Shown: piece after piece, positions 62,032-64,000 of the stretch | Layout of the letters: every line of letters begins with the position of its first letter | Position numbering within the stretch: position 1 is the stretch's first letter | Source of the DNA: Octopus vulgaris | Taxonomy: Eukaryota | Length of the DNA: 64,000 nucleotides | Reading direction: 5' to 3' | Assembly: GCA_951406725.2 (NCBI GenBank) | Contig: OX597836.1 | Span: 15,252,001-15,316,000 of the forward strand | Position numbers and translations under genes: made by a program | The notes under the pieces: generated by a model | What the model was told of the DNA's origin: nothing | The model's database searches: none | The model's input: the letters and a program-made list of their open reading frames with translations, nothing else

Positions 62032-62536
62032 GAGTGAGAGAGCAGAGCATGCCTCATTTGCAAAACAAGGCCAACAGTTTTTAAGAAAGGTGTGAAGTCA
62101 ATTACATCGACTCCAATGCTCAACCAACACTCATTTTATCGACCCCTAAAGGATGAAAGGCAAAGTCAACCTCAGTGAAATTTGAACTCAGCACCTAAAA
62201 CTACTGACCATTTTATCCAGAGAACGAGCAATTCTACCAGCCACGACTTAGCCTTCATTCAACCTACATTTCTTGCTCAGAAGAATAAATCTGTTGCATA
62301 ATAATAATCACACAAGTTGCTTGAATTTCCTCAACCCCCTTCTACTGCTGGTTTATACGATTCAATTATTTCCATACGTTATTGGAATGTGTGTTTTTAC
62401 AGCTGCATGGAAGGAGTGGTGGGCCTCGCAGTCCTCCGCACAGTTCCAATTATGCATCGTTTCGTCTGAGAGGCTGAAACTAACTAATAAACATGCTAGG
62501 ATGTAGTAAACATGATGTTTCTGCTGTCTAAAATAA

Positions 62537-62677
62537 TGTGTGTGTGTGTGTGTGTGTGTGTACATATACATGTGTGTGTTTTGTATGTATGTGTGCATGT
62601 ATGTATGTATATATATGTATGTATATATGTGCATGTATGTATATATGTGCATGTATATGTATGTATGTATGTATATG

Positions 62678-62776
<99 letters not shown>

Positions 62777-62783
62777 GTATATG

Positions 62784-62822
<39 letters not shown>

Positions 62823-62885
62823 GTATATGTATCTATGTATGTATATATGTATGTATGCATATGTATGTATGTATATATGTATGTA

Positions 62886-62919
<34 letters not shown>

Positions 62920-62925
62920 CGTATA
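62537..62925. repeat. Compound (GT)/(ATGT)/(TA) microsatellite
   Basis: Direct reading. Confidence 0.95.
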
Positions 62926-63127
62926 TAAAATAATACACACACATTTATGTATATTATAATGCCTGTCCTGTCTCTGCTTCTATCCTAAATTCATATTGTG
63001 GCCTACTTCCCTATATCCATGTTCCCTTCGTGGTTGCATTGGTTGTCTCAGTTTTTGTCTTCGAGCATTAAAATAGTTTGCACTAGATTTAAGTTGAGGA
63101 CGACAACAACACATTTTCTTTTTTTTT

Positions 63128-63672
63128 CTTTTATTCTTTTACTTGTTTCAGTCATTTGACTGCGGCCATGCTGGAGCACCGCCTTTAGTCGAGCAAATCG
63201 ACCCCGGGACTTATTCTTTTGTAAGCCCAGTACTTATTCTATTGGTCCCTTTTGCCGAACCGCTAAGTGACGGGGACGTAAACACACCAGCATCGGTTGT
63301 CAAGCAATGTTGGGTGGGGACAAACACAGACACACAAACATATACATACATATATATATATATATATCATCATCATCGTTTAACATCCGTTTTCCATGCT
63401 AGCATGGGTTGGACAGTTCAACTGGGGTCTGGGAAGCCAGTAGGCTGTGCCAGGCCCAGTCTGATCTGGCAATGTTTCTACAGCTGGATGCCCTTCCTAA
63501 CGCCATATATATTTATACGATGGGCTTCTTTCAGTTTCTGTCTACCAAATCCACTCACAAGGCTTTGGTCGGCCCGAGGCTATAGTAGAAGACACTTGCC
63601 CAAGGTACCACGCAGTGGGACTGAACCCGGAACCATGTGGTTTGTAGACAAGCTACTTACCACACAGCCACA
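63128..63672 (-). mobile_element. SINE family A with a family C fragment (63367-63504) inserted in its internal (TA)n
   Basis: Both halves colinear with family A; insert begins (CAT)n and ends GCCCTTCCTAACGCC. Confidence 0.9.
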
Positions 63673-63820
63673 GATTTGACAGTAATCTGAATGCTAAAGG
63701 GTTAAGTTTTCAATATTGGTCACTTTGCCTTTCGATAAATTTAAATCAATGAAAGACATTGATATAATTAGAATGCTTCAATATGATTGATTAATTCTGT
63801 TGAACCTGACGCTACAGTTC

Positions 63821-64000
63821 AGGCGCAGGAGTGGCTGTGTGGTAAGTAGCTTGCTTACCAACCACATGGTTCCGGGTTCAGTCCCACTGCGTGGAACCTT
63901 CGGCAAGTATCTTCTACTATAGCCTTGGGCTGACCAAAGCCTTGTGAGTGGATTTGGTAGACGGAAACTGAAAGAAGCCCATCGTATATATGTATATATA
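63821..64000 (+). mobile_element. SINE family A, 5' half (runs off the window)
   Basis: AGGCGCAGGAGTGGCTGTGTGGTAAG head. Confidence 0.9.

Overview
This is AT-rich eukaryotic DNA saturated with microsatellites and interspersed repeats. The repeat landscape suggests a coleoid cephalopod such as Octopus, which is an inference only. I find no intact protein-coding gene, rRNA, bona fide tRNA or CRISPR array. Nearly all ORFs in the track are translations of (TA)n/(CA)n/(ATGT)n repeats or of SINEs. The window contains several tRNA-derived SINE families (my labels A, B, D, H) and a (GAT)n-tailed retroposon family (C). It also holds non-autonomous Helitrons, piggyBac/hAT/mariner/Merlin-or-MULE MITEs with visible target-site duplications (TSDs), two decayed mariner transposases, and RTE and CR1/L2-like LINE 3' ends. 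The most interesting signal is a set of short elements, some arranged as inverted repeats, carrying minimal type I hammerhead-ribozyme-like folds: 12822, 36416, 38327, 46864 and 47329, with weaker cases at 5815 and 45270. They look like Penelope-like pseudo-LTRs or retrozymes, and one appears as a circularly permuted ~250-nt monomer. A weak candidate promoter/first exon lies at ~15.6-16.0 kb and a weak candidate exon at ~62.4 kb. Coordinates were read by eye and may be off by a few bases.
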